DNA from: Nitrososphaerota archaeon
GTDB taxonomy: Archaea > Thermoproteota > Nitrososphaeria_A > Caldarchaeales > JAVZCJ01
Direction: 5' to 3'
Assembly (NCBI GenBank): GCA_038874475.1
Contig: JAVZCJ010000003.1
Location: 59,463-123,462 of the forward strand
DNA: 64,000 nt
The notes under the pieces are model-generated. The model was given only the letters and a program-made list of their open reading frames with translations, ran no database searches and was not told where the DNA came from. Positions 36,120-45,361 of this stretch are shown piece by piece. Position numbers and translations under genes: made by a program. Position 1 is the stretch's first letter. Each line of letters starts with the position of its first letter.

Positions 36120-37187
36120 TTAAGCACCTTTCACTTCAATTGTAATTTCTTCAATTATTTTAATTTCATTCTCAGTTAGTATTGGTTCAAATTGAAGCTT
36201 TTTCATTAATTCTTCACTTGGATATAGTGCACTTTCTTGTAATAAATCTTCAGACATTAATTCTCTTTTTAAAGAATTTGTGTAATATACTGCTCTGCTA
36301 TTTCTTTCAGCCACACTTGGTTCCAGTAAAAAGTTTATCCATTCATATGCTAAATCGATATTTTTTGATTCTTTAGGTATTACTATGAAGTCTATGAATC
36401 TTACAGTCCCTTCTTCAGGAAAAACATATTCTATAGCTTCTTCATCTTCTTTTGCAATAAGAATATCTCCACTCCAAGCTTGTGCAATATATACTTCACC
36501 TTTAGCAAGTCCCGGAATATATTGACTTGCTCCCCAATATCCTGTAAGATATTCTCTTTGTTTCTTTAATAATTCTTTAATTTTTTCAACACTCTCGCTA
36601 CTCCAATCATTCAATGGAATTTTTAAATAGAATTTTGCAGCATTAATTGTATCTACAAAATCGTCAAGCATTGAAATTTTTCCATCATATTTTCTTAAAA
36701 AATCTTCATTAAATAACTGTTCCCAACCTTTAATTTCATCTTTTACATATTTAGTATTTACACCTATTCCTACGCTTCCCCACATATATGGTATACTATA
36801 GCTTAAACCATTATCGTATGGATTATTAACAAGTCCTCCATCAATATTTTTAAAATTGGGTATTTTACTATGGTCAAGTTTTTGAACATATCCTTCTTTT
36901 ATTGCTTGTTGCAAGAATGAATCTGAAATGTATACAACATCGTATCCTCCACCACCAATCTTAAGTTTAGCAAATGCTTCTCCAGATTCTTCATATGTAT
37001 CATAAACAACTTTTACACCATATTTTTCTTCAAATTCTTCTATTACACTCTCATCAATATAATAGCTCCAGTTATAGATTTTAAGAGTTCTTTCTTTTTT
37101 TATGAGTATATTATAGCTTAAAAATATGCCAACACCGAGAGCAATGATAATCAATGACACTATTAATAACTTATACGATTTTTTCAT
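36120..37187 (-). CDS. potD: spermidine/putrescine-binding lipoprotein-like substrate-binding protein
   Basis: Signal/anchor helix followed by LKIYNWSYYIDESVIEEFEEKYGVKVVYDTYE, a PotD/PotF-type N-terminus. It is convergent with potABC. Confidence 0.78.
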   Translation of the reverse strand: MKKSYKLLIVSLIIIALGVGIFLSYNILIKKERTLKIYNWSYYIDESVIEEFEEKYGVKVVYDTYEESGEAFAKLKIGGGGYDVVYISDSFLQQAIKEGYVQKLDHSKIPNFKNIDGGLVNNPYDNGLSYSIPYMWGSVGIGVNTKYVKDEIKGWEQLFNEDFLRKYDGKISMLDDFVDTINAAKFYLKIPLNDWSSESVEKIKELLKKQREYLTGYWGASQYIPGLAKGEVYIAQAWSGDILIAKEDEEAIEYVFPEEGTVRFIDFIVIPKESKNIDLAYEWINFLLEPSVAERNSRAVYYTNSLKRELMSEDLLQESALYPSEELMKKLQFEPILTENEIKIIEEITIEVKGA

Positions 37188-37236
37188 TCTTTTTTCTTGA
37201 GATAGTTTTAAAAATAAACCAATATATAAACTTTAT

Positions 37237-37746
37237 TTATAATTTATGCACATTGAATATTTGATCATTTTTAATTATCGAAATTCCAGCGTATTTACCA
37301 ATAATTTCAATAAGAATTATTTTATCAGGATTTTCTAAATTAACTTTTCTATTTACTAAAGCTGCAACAGCTTTAATTATATCCATGCTTGAAATATTTG
37401 TTCTCCTTTTCTCAACAGTAATTCTAAATGTTTCATTTTCTTTTATAGAATTTATTAAAGGTAAAGTTGCTTTTACTATTTTTTCAATATTTGTTTCAGT
37501 CAAAACTTGTATTGGAATAACTCTTTTTAAATAAAAAATTTTATCAGGATTTTCAATGTATATTTTCTTAAGGTCTTCAATTATTTTAAATGGATCTAAA
37601 GAAGTTTCTGCAATTATTAATCCTAAAATATTTGTAGCATTAACAATAGCATTGCTATCTCCTAAATCTTTTAATAAAGATTTAAGTTCATTACATGCTT
37701 GAATTTCTAATCCTCTATCAGTTGTAGCTATTATATTAAATTTCAT
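37237..37746 (-). CDS. THUMP-domain protein
   Basis: MKFNIIATTDRGLEIQACNELKSLL... ~169 aa with a ferredoxin-like plus THUMP fold pattern. I prefer the internal ATG at 37746 to the track start at 37782. Confidence 0.55.
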   Translation of the reverse strand: MKFNIIATTDRGLEIQACNELKSLLKDLGDSNAIVNATNILGLIIAETSLDPFKIIEDLKKIYIENPDKIFYLKRVIPIQVLTETNIEKIVKATLPLINSIKENETFRITVEKRRTNISSMDIIKAVAALVNRKVNLENPDKIILIEIIGKYAGISIIKNDQIFNVHKL

Positions 37747-37822
37747 ATAAAAATAATAAGAAATTACCAATATATAAATCATTAATTTAAAGTATATAAG
37801 TTAGAATAACATTGTTATATAT

Positions 37823-38143
37823 ATGAAAACACCATGCGAAGAAGTAATTAAGGAAGTAATTCCAACTATAAGAGCGTTGATAGCTAAAGAGTTATGTCTT
37901 AAATATGGTTTTACACAAATCGAAGCTGCTAAAAAATTGGGTATTACACAAGCAGCTATAAGTCAATATATTTCTTTAAAAAGAGGTGGAAAAAAATTAA
38001 AGAAGTTAAAAGCATTACCAGAAGTTAAATCATTAATAAAAGAAACATCAAAAAATATTGTTGAAGGAAAAGCTTCAAAGAAAGAATTAAGTAGTAAAAT
38101 ATGCACGATTTGTAAAGCTATGAGAAAAGAATTTATTAAATAA
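37823..38143 (+). CDS. small HTH transcriptional regulator (archaeal COG2522-like)
   Basis: HTH segment YGFTQIEAAKKLGITQAAISQYISLKRG with a C-terminal CTICK. A 6-1-6 palindrome ATAACA-T-TGTTAT at 37806-37818 lies just upstream. Confidence 0.6.
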   Translation: MKTPCEEVIKEVIPTIRALIAKELCLKYGFTQIEAAKKLGITQAAISQYISLKRGGKKLKKLKALPEVKSLIKETSKNIVEGKASKKELSSKICTICKAMRKEFIK

Positions 38144-38155
38144 AAATAAAGAAGA

Positions 38156-39373
38156 TTATATTTTTAATATTTCTTTAAAAATTTCTTCATTATTTGAGCC
38201 AATTAAAAGAACTTCATTTTTTAAAAATTTTAAAGATAAAAATCTATTTTTATTCTTCCAAACATCTTTAATAATTTCTATAGAATTAGTTTTATTCATC
38301 ATTTCTCTAAAACAATTATAAAATTCTAATGCATCTTCTTCTCTATCCCAAACAATTTTCCAAAAGAAAACATAATTACTTACATTATTTTCTCTTATAT
38401 AAAATGTAAAATTATCTCCACCCCATCCTTCAGCTGCTTTTTCTGATAAATCTTCACCAATCCAATTTGATAGCATAATTCTTAAAAAATATTCTCCATA
38501 TGTTTCTGTTTTAGCAATAGACCATTCTGAAATATTTAATCTTATTCCATCAACTTTTATTGGTTCTTCATATATCAAATATTTTTCTGGATGTAATATT
38601 TGCTCAGTTGATTTTGGAATATTTTCATATGCTTGATTAACTTTATTCCATCCTCCTAAATTATATAAAAATAAAATGAAGTTTTCACCATATTTATAAG
38701 GGAAAAATAATATTTCATCTAATGCATTTTTACTATTATAAGATTTGAAAAACAATAAACTTAAACCAATTTTGTTCTCTTTTATTCTTTCAATAAATTT
38801 TTTAGAAGTTAATCCAGCATCACCTTCAATAAGTGCAGACCATGCTTGTATTTCATCGTGAGTTTTAAGAGATGGAGTTTTAAAATATTTACCTTGAATA
38901 ATATGAGTAATTTCATGAGATAAAATTTCATAAGCTTTCTCTAAATCGTAAGGATTAAAATATTCTCTAACTATGTATATTACTCCACCACTTGTAGCAG
39001 CTAAAACATATCCTGATTGTTTAATCGTAGTTTCTTTTAAACTAACATTTTCAGAAATTAAAAAAAGAGCTTTATATATTTCTTCTTTAATTTCAATTTC
39101 TTTCAAAGAAATTTCAACTTGTCTTTTACCCCAATTTTCTTTAACCCAATCTATTGTGACTATTTCAATTCTAGAATCATTTGGTGGCTCTAAACCTCTA
39201 ACTTCTTTAATATTAGATAAAACATTATGGAAAATTTTTTCAGATTCTTTTCTATATTCGTCTGGAAAAATAATTTCAATTAAGAGATTTTTTATTTCAT
39301 AATAATAAAAGCTAAATATGAAACCAATTAATATGGATAGTATTATTGTTAATACTAATATTCTTTTTCTCAT
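38156..39373 (-). CDS. membrane-anchored zinc metallopeptidase (peptidase MA clan, HExxH + EGxA)
   Basis: N-terminal TM helix. SHEITHIIQG is followed 24 aa later by ALIEGDAG, a gluzincin arrangement. Confidence 0.6.
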   Translation of the reverse strand: MRKRILVLTIILSILIGFIFSFYYYEIKNLLIEIIFPDEYRKESEKIFHNVLSNIKEVRGLEPPNDSRIEIVTIDWVKENWGKRQVEISLKEIEIKEEIYKALFLISENVSLKETTIKQSGYVLAATSGGVIYIVREYFNPYDLEKAYEILSHEITHIIQGKYFKTPSLKTHDEIQAWSALIEGDAGLTSKKFIERIKENKIGLSLLFFKSYNSKNALDEILFFPYKYGENFILFLYNLGGWNKVNQAYENIPKSTEQILHPEKYLIYEEPIKVDGIRLNISEWSIAKTETYGEYFLRIMLSNWIGEDLSEKAAEGWGGDNFTFYIRENNVSNYVFFWKIVWDREEDALEFYNCFREMMNKTNSIEIIKDVWKNKNRFLSLKFLKNEVLLIGSNNEEIFKEILKI

Positions 39374-39458
39374 TTCTTATCAAATCAAAGATTAATTTGA
39401 ATAAAAATTTTTTAAAAAAAAAAAGAAGAGAAATTTTAAATTTTTTATACTATTATTT

Positions 39459-40454
39459 TTATCGACGTTTTCGCATAACAAGATAAAGGACCATTATAAT
39501 AACAACTACAATAACGGCTATAATTCCCAAAGTCATTACATCAAAACCAGCTGGTGCTGTGGTTGTAGGAGTTATTGTAGTTGGAGTTGTTATAGTTATT
39601 GGGGTTTTAGTAGGTGTGGTTACTTCTGTAGTTGTAGGAGTTGTTAAAGGTGGAGGTGTAGCAGGTGTTTTTGTTGTAGTAATTACAATAGTTTCTGTTA
39701 TAGTAGTCCCTGGTTTTATGATTACGCTTGTGAGTGTAGTCCCTTTAACTACGCTTGATATATACTCAGTTGTTCCCGGAAAACTTATAGTAGTCTTATA
39801 AGTAGTGCCTTTTAAAGTTTCAGTTTGTATAACAGTCGTTTCAATGGGCATCGGTAAAGTCATAGTAATTCCAGGAACAGTATAAGTTGCTCCAGGCATA
39901 GCTACAAAAATAGTTGCAGGTACTTTTTCTGCTACATAAATCATTACTTCCTTGATGGTTATTTTATTACAGGATTTGATAATTTCACCATAAATTGGAA
40001 AAGGCATTGTTATGGTAGTAATTCCAGGAATTTCTGTTTCAAATTCTACTGTAGCAAAACCAGTCGTAGTTACAACTGTGCCACCAATTGTTTCTATAAA
40101 AGTAGTAGCATATGTAGGAATTGAAATAATTGTACTATAAGTTGCTCCAGGAACAGTAATAGTAGTTCCTGGAATAGAAATGACTTCGTCCGGTAAAGCT
40201 TTAATCGTTGCAACACATACTTGATCAGGATGTTCTTCTTCCATAATAATTTTATAACCTGGCATAATCATAGTTGCTATAATAGTAGTATCAGGTTGTT
40301 GAATTGTAGTAGTAATAGTGGTTCCAGGAATTGTAGTAACTTTAGTTGTTGTAATCGTAACAACTTGTTGGCCAATCACTATTTTTGTAAACCATATAGA
40401 AATAATTACAATAATAGTCAAATGCAAAATTTTTTTAATAATATTTTTATTCAA
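39459..40454 (-). CDS. Thr/Pro-rich repeat surface protein with C-terminal membrane anchor
   Basis: N-terminal signal peptide and recurring PG(T/A/I)T(I/Y)T units. A Pro/Thr linker TPATPPPLTTPTTTEVTTPTKTP... leads to a C-terminal TM helix plus an RKRR tail. Confidence 0.6.
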   Translation of the reverse strand: MNKNIIKKILHLTIIVIISIWFTKIVIGQQVVTITTTKVTTIPGTTITTTIQQPDTTIIATMIMPGYKIIMEEEHPDQVCVATIKALPDEVISIPGTTITVPGATYSTIISIPTYATTFIETIGGTVVTTTGFATVEFETEIPGITTITMPFPIYGEIIKSCNKITIKEVMIYVAEKVPATIFVAMPGATYTVPGITMTLPMPIETTVIQTETLKGTTYKTTISFPGTTEYISSVVKGTTLTSVIIKPGTTITETIVITTTKTPATPPPLTTPTTTEVTTPTKTPITITTPTTITPTTTAPAGFDVMTLGIIAVIVVVIIMVLYLVMRKRR

Positions 40455-40632
40455 TTTATCCCTCTCTTTGTTATCATAATTTTTTTAGGGGACTATTTAT
40501 ACTTTTAGATAAAAATTCTTAATATAATTCTTAAGATAAAAGTTAAAGTATTTGTTGAAAATTTTTTAAAATAGAAATAAATTATTTTTAATTAATTAAG
40601 ACCTTAAAGAAAATTAATAGGTAGAAAGATAA

Positions 40633-42000
40633 ATGAAAATTAAATATTTTGGTACTTCAGGTATTAGAGGAATTGTTAATGAAGATCTTACACCTGAATT
40701 TGCTGTAAAAATAGGGCTTTCATATGCTAGATTTTTAGGAAATAAAGGAAATATTGCTTTAGGAAGTGATCAAAGATTCGGTTCAAGAGTTATTAAACAT
40801 TCAATTATCTCTGGATTAATTGCAGGAGGAATAAATATTATTGATTTAGGAATTATTCCAACTCCAGCTTTATGTCATTATATTAAAGAATTTGAATTAG
40901 ATGGGGGAATAATGATTACAGGAAGCCATACTCCTCCAGAAATAACTGGAATAATGTTTTTCCAAAATGATACAGGAGAATTAAGACCAAAGAATGAAGA
41001 AAGAATAGAAGAAATAATTATCAAAGAAAAATATGTAAGAGTTCCTTGGAATGAAATAGGAAAAATAGAAAAAGATGATAATGCAATAGAAATATATATT
41101 AAAAATGTTTTAAGAAATTTTGGAAAAAAAATTTCATTGAATGAAAAAATTGCTATCGATTGTTGCAACGGCCCTCAATCCTATGCTTTACCTAAAATAA
41201 TTGAAGAAATGAATTGTATACCAATAATTTTAAATGGAGAAATAGATGGAAGATTTCCAGGTAGAGACCCTTATCCAAGACCTGAAAATTTAGGAGAATT
41301 ATGCAATACAGTAAAAAAAGGGAAAGCTATTTTAGGACTTGCTTGTGATGGAGATGGAGACAGAGCAATATTTATTGATGAAAATGGAAATGTTCTATGG
41401 GGAGATATTACAGGAGCAATTTTTTCTGAAGAAGAATTAAAAAAACATTATGGAGGAATAATTGTTTGTCCAATAAATACTTCAAAAATTATAGAAGATG
41501 TAGCTCATAAGTTTAATGGAAAAATTATTTTTACAAAAGTTGGTCCACCTGCAATAATAGAACAAGTTGTAAAAAATATTGATAAAGTTGTTTTTGCATT
41601 TGAAGAAACAGGCAAATATATATGGAAAGGAAATATTTTGTATGGTGATCCATGTTATTCTCTTTTAAAAATTATTGAAATAATTAATTCTAGAGGATGT
41701 TTAAGTAAAATAACTCAATCATACATAAAATATTATCGTAAAAAAATTGCACTACCTACAAAGAAAAAAGATAAAAAAAGAATTTTAAATGAAATCGAGA
41801 AAAAGATAATTAAGAAATCAAAATATTTAAAGATTGATAGATTAGATGGATTTAAGATCTATTTAGATGAAGATACATGGATTCTCCTAAGACCTTCAGG
41901 TACTGAACCAGTTTTTAGAATATATATTGAAGGAAAAGAGAAAGAAAAAATTGAAAAAATATTAGAAGAATATGTGAGAAAAATTAAAGAAATTATTTAA
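40633..42000 (+). CDS. phosphoglucosamine/phosphomanno-mutase (alpha-D-phosphohexomutase family)
   Basis: Active-site loop TGSHTPPEITG, metal loop ACDGDGDRAIFID, C-terminal RPSGTEP. Confidence 0.88.
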   Translation: MKIKYFGTSGIRGIVNEDLTPEFAVKIGLSYARFLGNKGNIALGSDQRFGSRVIKHSIISGLIAGGINIIDLGIIPTPALCHYIKEFELDGGIMITGSHTPPEITGIMFFQNDTGELRPKNEERIEEIIIKEKYVRVPWNEIGKIEKDDNAIEIYIKNVLRNFGKKISLNEKIAIDCCNGPQSYALPKIIEEMNCIPIILNGEIDGRFPGRDPYPRPENLGELCNTVKKGKAILGLACDGDGDRAIFIDENGNVLWGDITGAIFSEEELKKHYGGIIVCPINTSKIIEDVAHKFNGKIIFTKVGPPAIIEQVVKNIDKVVFAFEETGKYIWKGNILYGDPCYSLLKIIEIINSRGCLSKITQSYIKYYRKKIALPTKKKDKKRILNEIEKKIIKKSKYLKIDRLDGFKIYLDEDTWILLRPSGTEPVFRIYIEGKEKEKIEKILEEYVRKIKEII

Positions 42001-42063
42001 AAATTCTTTAATTAATAAAAAATTATAGCAATTATTAAAGCAGATAGTACATCTATATTGACA

Positions 42064-43545
42064 TTATGCTGGAATGTATCTATACTCTTTATAATACATC
42101 CAAAACTCTATATAAGCATCTGGATCATCACTAGTAAAATGGCAATATGCATAAATCCAGACTGCATATTGATTTGGACCAGAATTTTTATCTCCCCACC
42201 ATGCATTACCATTACCATGTGTATCATATTTATAGCTTACTATTTCGATCCACCATCCAGAATCTGCAAGTTTAATTAATATATTTTGTTGATTTTTCTC
42301 ATCTTTCCTTACAGCTTTCCAATACACATATCCAGTTCTTTCTTCACGACTATAAGAAGTGGTAGTTTGAGTGATCGTATAAGTTATAGTTGTGGTAGGA
42401 GGATTATAAGGAGATGTAGAATATCCGAAATATCTTTTTAATTTATAATTTCCAAACATTGCAAATGATATTGAATTTGAAGTTGTTTCCAATATCTTTC
42501 TTACCTCATTTCCAAATTGATCCAATTCCCAAAGTTCCATTTTTGTTACATACATATATAATTTTCCATATGGTCCTATATAATTATAACCATTAGTTAC
42601 ATAAATTTTATCCCATTTCCAAGAACAAGGGAATGACCTAAATGAATGAGATATTGTTAATAATATTCCTGCAGGATAAACATATTCTCCATCATCATAT
42701 CTTCTTCCATAAGGATCGCTATTCGGTTGTATGCCATCTCCCCATACATCATGATAATGTTCATCATTACTTTGATCATCATACTCATGTATTTTATACC
42801 ATTTTGGATTATCATCTCTTGGAGAAATTTGAAATGGACCATGAGATTCTATTTTTAAAGTATAACTTCCATAAAAAGTAGTAGCAAATGTTTGATTTAT
42901 AGTTTCTATAAGAGTAGTGTAATAATATGATACTATTTCTCTTTCAGCAGTTTTAGTGATTTTTCTAACAGGATAATAAGCAGAACCAAATGTATTTCCA
43001 AGTATTGTATGTAGAGTTATGCATCTTATTTTATTTTTGAAAAACCAGAAATCTTCTGCATATTTAGAATCGTTTAATTTAAATGTACTTAGTATATCAT
43101 TCCCTTTTAATACTATTTCTTCTCCTGCTTCTAAAACTATATTTAATCTTCCTTTAGAAATTATTTCTCCATTCCAATCTTCTATTACAAAATAATCTAT
43201 TACACTTGTTTTTCCCCATTGATTTGTAATAGTTATTCTTGTTTCATATTTTTTATTTATAGTTGACGTGTTTGTAGTTATTATAGAAGTAGTTGTATTT
43301 AAAATTGTAGTATACGTTGTTACAATATTAGAATTTTCATATTTTTCATCTATGCTTATGTATATTCTTATTAATTCATTCCCAGCTTCAGCTTCAATTT
43401 TAATAGCTTCTTTTGAAGTAATAGATATTCTACCAATTGTCACTATTCCTGTTATAAAACTTAAAATAATCATTAGTATTATCAATGCTGTTATTAATGG
43501 ATTAAAAATAGACGCTCTAACTTTCTTTTTATTTATTTTATTCAT
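42064..43545 (-). CDS. pilin-like protein (class III signal peptide) with a large Trp/Tyr/Asp-rich C-terminal domain of unknown family
   Basis: The N-terminus KKKVRA/SIFNPLITALIILMIILS is archaeal prepilin-like. Residues ~40-190 are paralogous to the 167-aa neighbour (VIDYF..., ...LHT..GN.F). The C-terminal ~300 aa were not recognised. Confidence 0.6.
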   Translation of the reverse strand: MNKINKKKVRASIFNPLITALIILMIILSFITGIVTIGRISITSKEAIKIEAEAGNELIRIYISIDEKYENSNIVTTYTTILNTTTSIITTNTSTINKKYETRITITNQWGKTSVIDYFVIEDWNGEIISKGRLNIVLEAGEEIVLKGNDILSTFKLNDSKYAEDFWFFKNKIRCITLHTILGNTFGSAYYPVRKITKTAEREIVSYYYTTLIETINQTFATTFYGSYTLKIESHGPFQISPRDDNPKWYKIHEYDDQSNDEHYHDVWGDGIQPNSDPYGRRYDDGEYVYPAGILLTISHSFRSFPCSWKWDKIYVTNGYNYIGPYGKLYMYVTKMELWELDQFGNEVRKILETTSNSISFAMFGNYKLKRYFGYSTSPYNPPTTTITYTITQTTTSYSREERTGYVYWKAVRKDEKNQQNILIKLADSGWWIEIVSYKYDTHGNGNAWWGDKNSGPNQYAVWIYAYCHFTSDDPDAYIEFWMYYKEYRYIPA

Positions 43546-43586
43546 TTTCCCTTTCTTTCTTTAAGTATCCAACTTAAAGAAAGGAT

Positions 43587-44090
43587 TTAATTAAATTCTA
43601 AATGAGGTATTTCATATTTTGAAATGAATAAATTTCCATTTGTAGTGTGTAATACTATGAATTCGATATATTTTTTAAAAATATTCCAATCATTCATATA
43701 TTCAGGCAAACCAATTTTTTTAATGTCAATATTCTTTTTATCTCCTTTCTCTATTTTTAAATTCATTGATCCTTTAACTAGTAATTTTCCATCTTTTGAA
43801 ATAATATAGAAATAATCTATTACAACATCACATCCAGAAAGATTTACTATTAAAATGTTTGTGTTGCTTGAATTTTTCCATTCATCTTTTGTTATACTTC
43901 CATTATAAATGTAAATTTCTAAATTTTCTTTTGTTCTTTCATTCTTCATCATATGTTGTATTATTTCTGCTTTTTCTTGGATTTTAGAAAATCCAATTCC
44001 AATAGATAAAAATGACATTAAAAACATTGTAACTACTATTAAAATCATTGGAACAAAAATTATGCTTATTCCATATTCTTTTTTATTCAT
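43587..44090 (-). CDS. pilin-like protein (class III signal peptide)
   Basis: MNKKEYG/ISIIFVPMILIVV. The beta-rich body is paralogous to the N-terminal part of 42064..43545. Confidence 0.6.
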   Translation of the reverse strand: MNKKEYGISIIFVPMILIVVTMFLMSFLSIGIGFSKIQEKAEIIQHMMKNERTKENLEIYIYNGSITKDEWKNSSNTNILIVNLSGCDVVIDYFYIISKDGKLLVKGSMNLKIEKGDKKNIDIKKIGLPEYMNDWNIFKKYIEFIVLHTTNGNLFISKYEIPHLEFN

Positions 44091-44775
44091 ACAAAAACCT
44101 CTTTAGGAAAATTTCCATATGTTTTTTATTCTTTATTTTAAATTTTAAGGAAAAATTTGTAAAACATAATGCTATTAAGAAAGTATTTTTAATGAATTCT
44201 AAATGAATTAAACTAATGGTTGTACCTTTTTCTATTTTTTGAGTATAAGTATAATTCATTGTAGTTGTAACATAGGAAGTAATTGTTTTGGTTACTGTAT
44301 AAATAGAGGTTAAAATAGTAGAAATATAAGAAGTAAATGTTATTTCGCTAGGTAAATTTTCAATCCAAGTTTCTTCAATCATAGTGAATTCTTTCTTAGT
44401 AAATTTAAATAGGCTTCCAGATAGAGTTTCGATCATTAAATTTCTTCCATATGGTATTAATATCTCCTTTTTATCATGAGGATTAATAATTATTAAATCA
44501 TTTGATTTATCTATGGTATTATTATCTATATATATTTTCTTTATAATTACTTTTATTTCTCCATCATTGGATAAAATACAATAATTTGGTCCCCAATAAA
44601 TTAATGATATTTTCTCTAATATTTTTCCTTCTTCTTTTTCTAATTCACTTGTTATAACTTTACTTGTTATCTTTGTTTGATAAATGAAAAAGTAAGTTAT
44701 AAAACTTCCAATGGATAGAATAACTATTGTTAAAGCAATATATGATAACACATTACTTATTCCTTTTTTATTCAT
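44083..44775 (-). CDS. pilin-like protein (class III signal peptide) with Thr-rich segment
   Basis: MNKKG/ISNVLSYIALTIVILSI, a beta-rich body, a T-x-T-x-T stretch and a hydrophobic C-terminus. It overlaps both neighbours. Confidence 0.6.
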   Translation of the reverse strand: MNKKGISNVLSYIALTIVILSIGSFITYFFIYQTKITSKVITSELEKEEGKILEKISLIYWGPNYCILSNDGEIKVIIKKIYIDNNTIDKSNDLIIINPHDKKEILIPYGRNLMIETLSGSLFKFTKKEFTMIEETWIENLPSEITFTSYISTILTSIYTVTKTITSYVTTTMNYTYTQKIEKGTTISLIHLEFIKNTFLIALCFTNFSLKFKIKNKKHMEIFLKRFLYE

Positions 44776-45197
44776 GGCATTACCACCGTGCTTGCAATTG
44801 TCTCCATTGTTCTTCCATCTTGATCTATCGAACCAACAATTATTGTAAGCTTTTTTCCAATTTCTTGATAAGGAATAATTGCTTCAATTTCATAATTTTC
44901 TGATGGTTCAAGATTTTTCGAGCCAATCCAAATATTTCCAATTCCCTTAACGCTTATTGCGCATAATGTAATTTTTGTATTTCCAATATTTGCAATATTC
45001 ATTTTTATTAATGTTTTTTCATTCCATTGAATTGCTCTTACTTCAATTATCTCAATTTTAGGATTGTAAGAAAGATTTTTAGAATATGTTATTGAAAATA
45101 ATCCTGTTAATGAAATAATTGAAAATAAAATAATCACTAATAATATTTCTGAAAATATTCTTGATATTGCTTTATTTAAAAATTTTACTTTATACAT
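44772..45197 (-). CDS. small pilin-like protein (class III signal peptide)
   Basis: KFLNKA/ISRIFSEILLVIILFSII followed by a ~100-aa beta-sandwich-like domain. It is the first gene of the four-gene operon. Confidence 0.6.
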   Translation of the reverse strand: MYKVKFLNKAISRIFSEILLVIILFSIISLTGLFSITYSKNLSYNPKIEIIEVRAIQWNEKTLIKMNIANIGNTKITLCAISVKGIGNIWIGSKNLEPSENYEIEAIIPYQEIGKKLTIIVGSIDQDGRTMETIASTVVMP

Positions 45198-45361
45198 ATC
45201 ATTATACCAATAGAAAATTTTTTATTATAAAAATAGAAATAATTGTAATTACTTTAAATTTGTTAAATACGTGGAATATTAAAAATGGGAATATACATGT
45301 TTCAATTTTTTCCATTTACATTTCAATATTTTAAAGAAAAACAAAATTTATAAGCACCACT

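Noticed and set aside
37747-37782. N-terminal extension MIYILVISYYFY of the THUMP protein
   Set aside because: The hydrophobic extension is atypical for a soluble THUMP protein. The internal ATG gives the usual MKFNIIATT start. This is uncertain.
39559-40508. ORFs 39559..39801 and 40221..40508 opposite the Thr-rich protein gene
   Set aside because: These are Val/Gly- or Asn/Cys-rich mirror images of the ACN-rich coding strand.
42058-43564. + strand ORFs 42058..42279, 42642..42881 and 43268..43564, and minus ORF 42657..42842
   Set aside because: They all overlap the 493-aa pilin-like gene. Their translations are low-complexity and lack start context.
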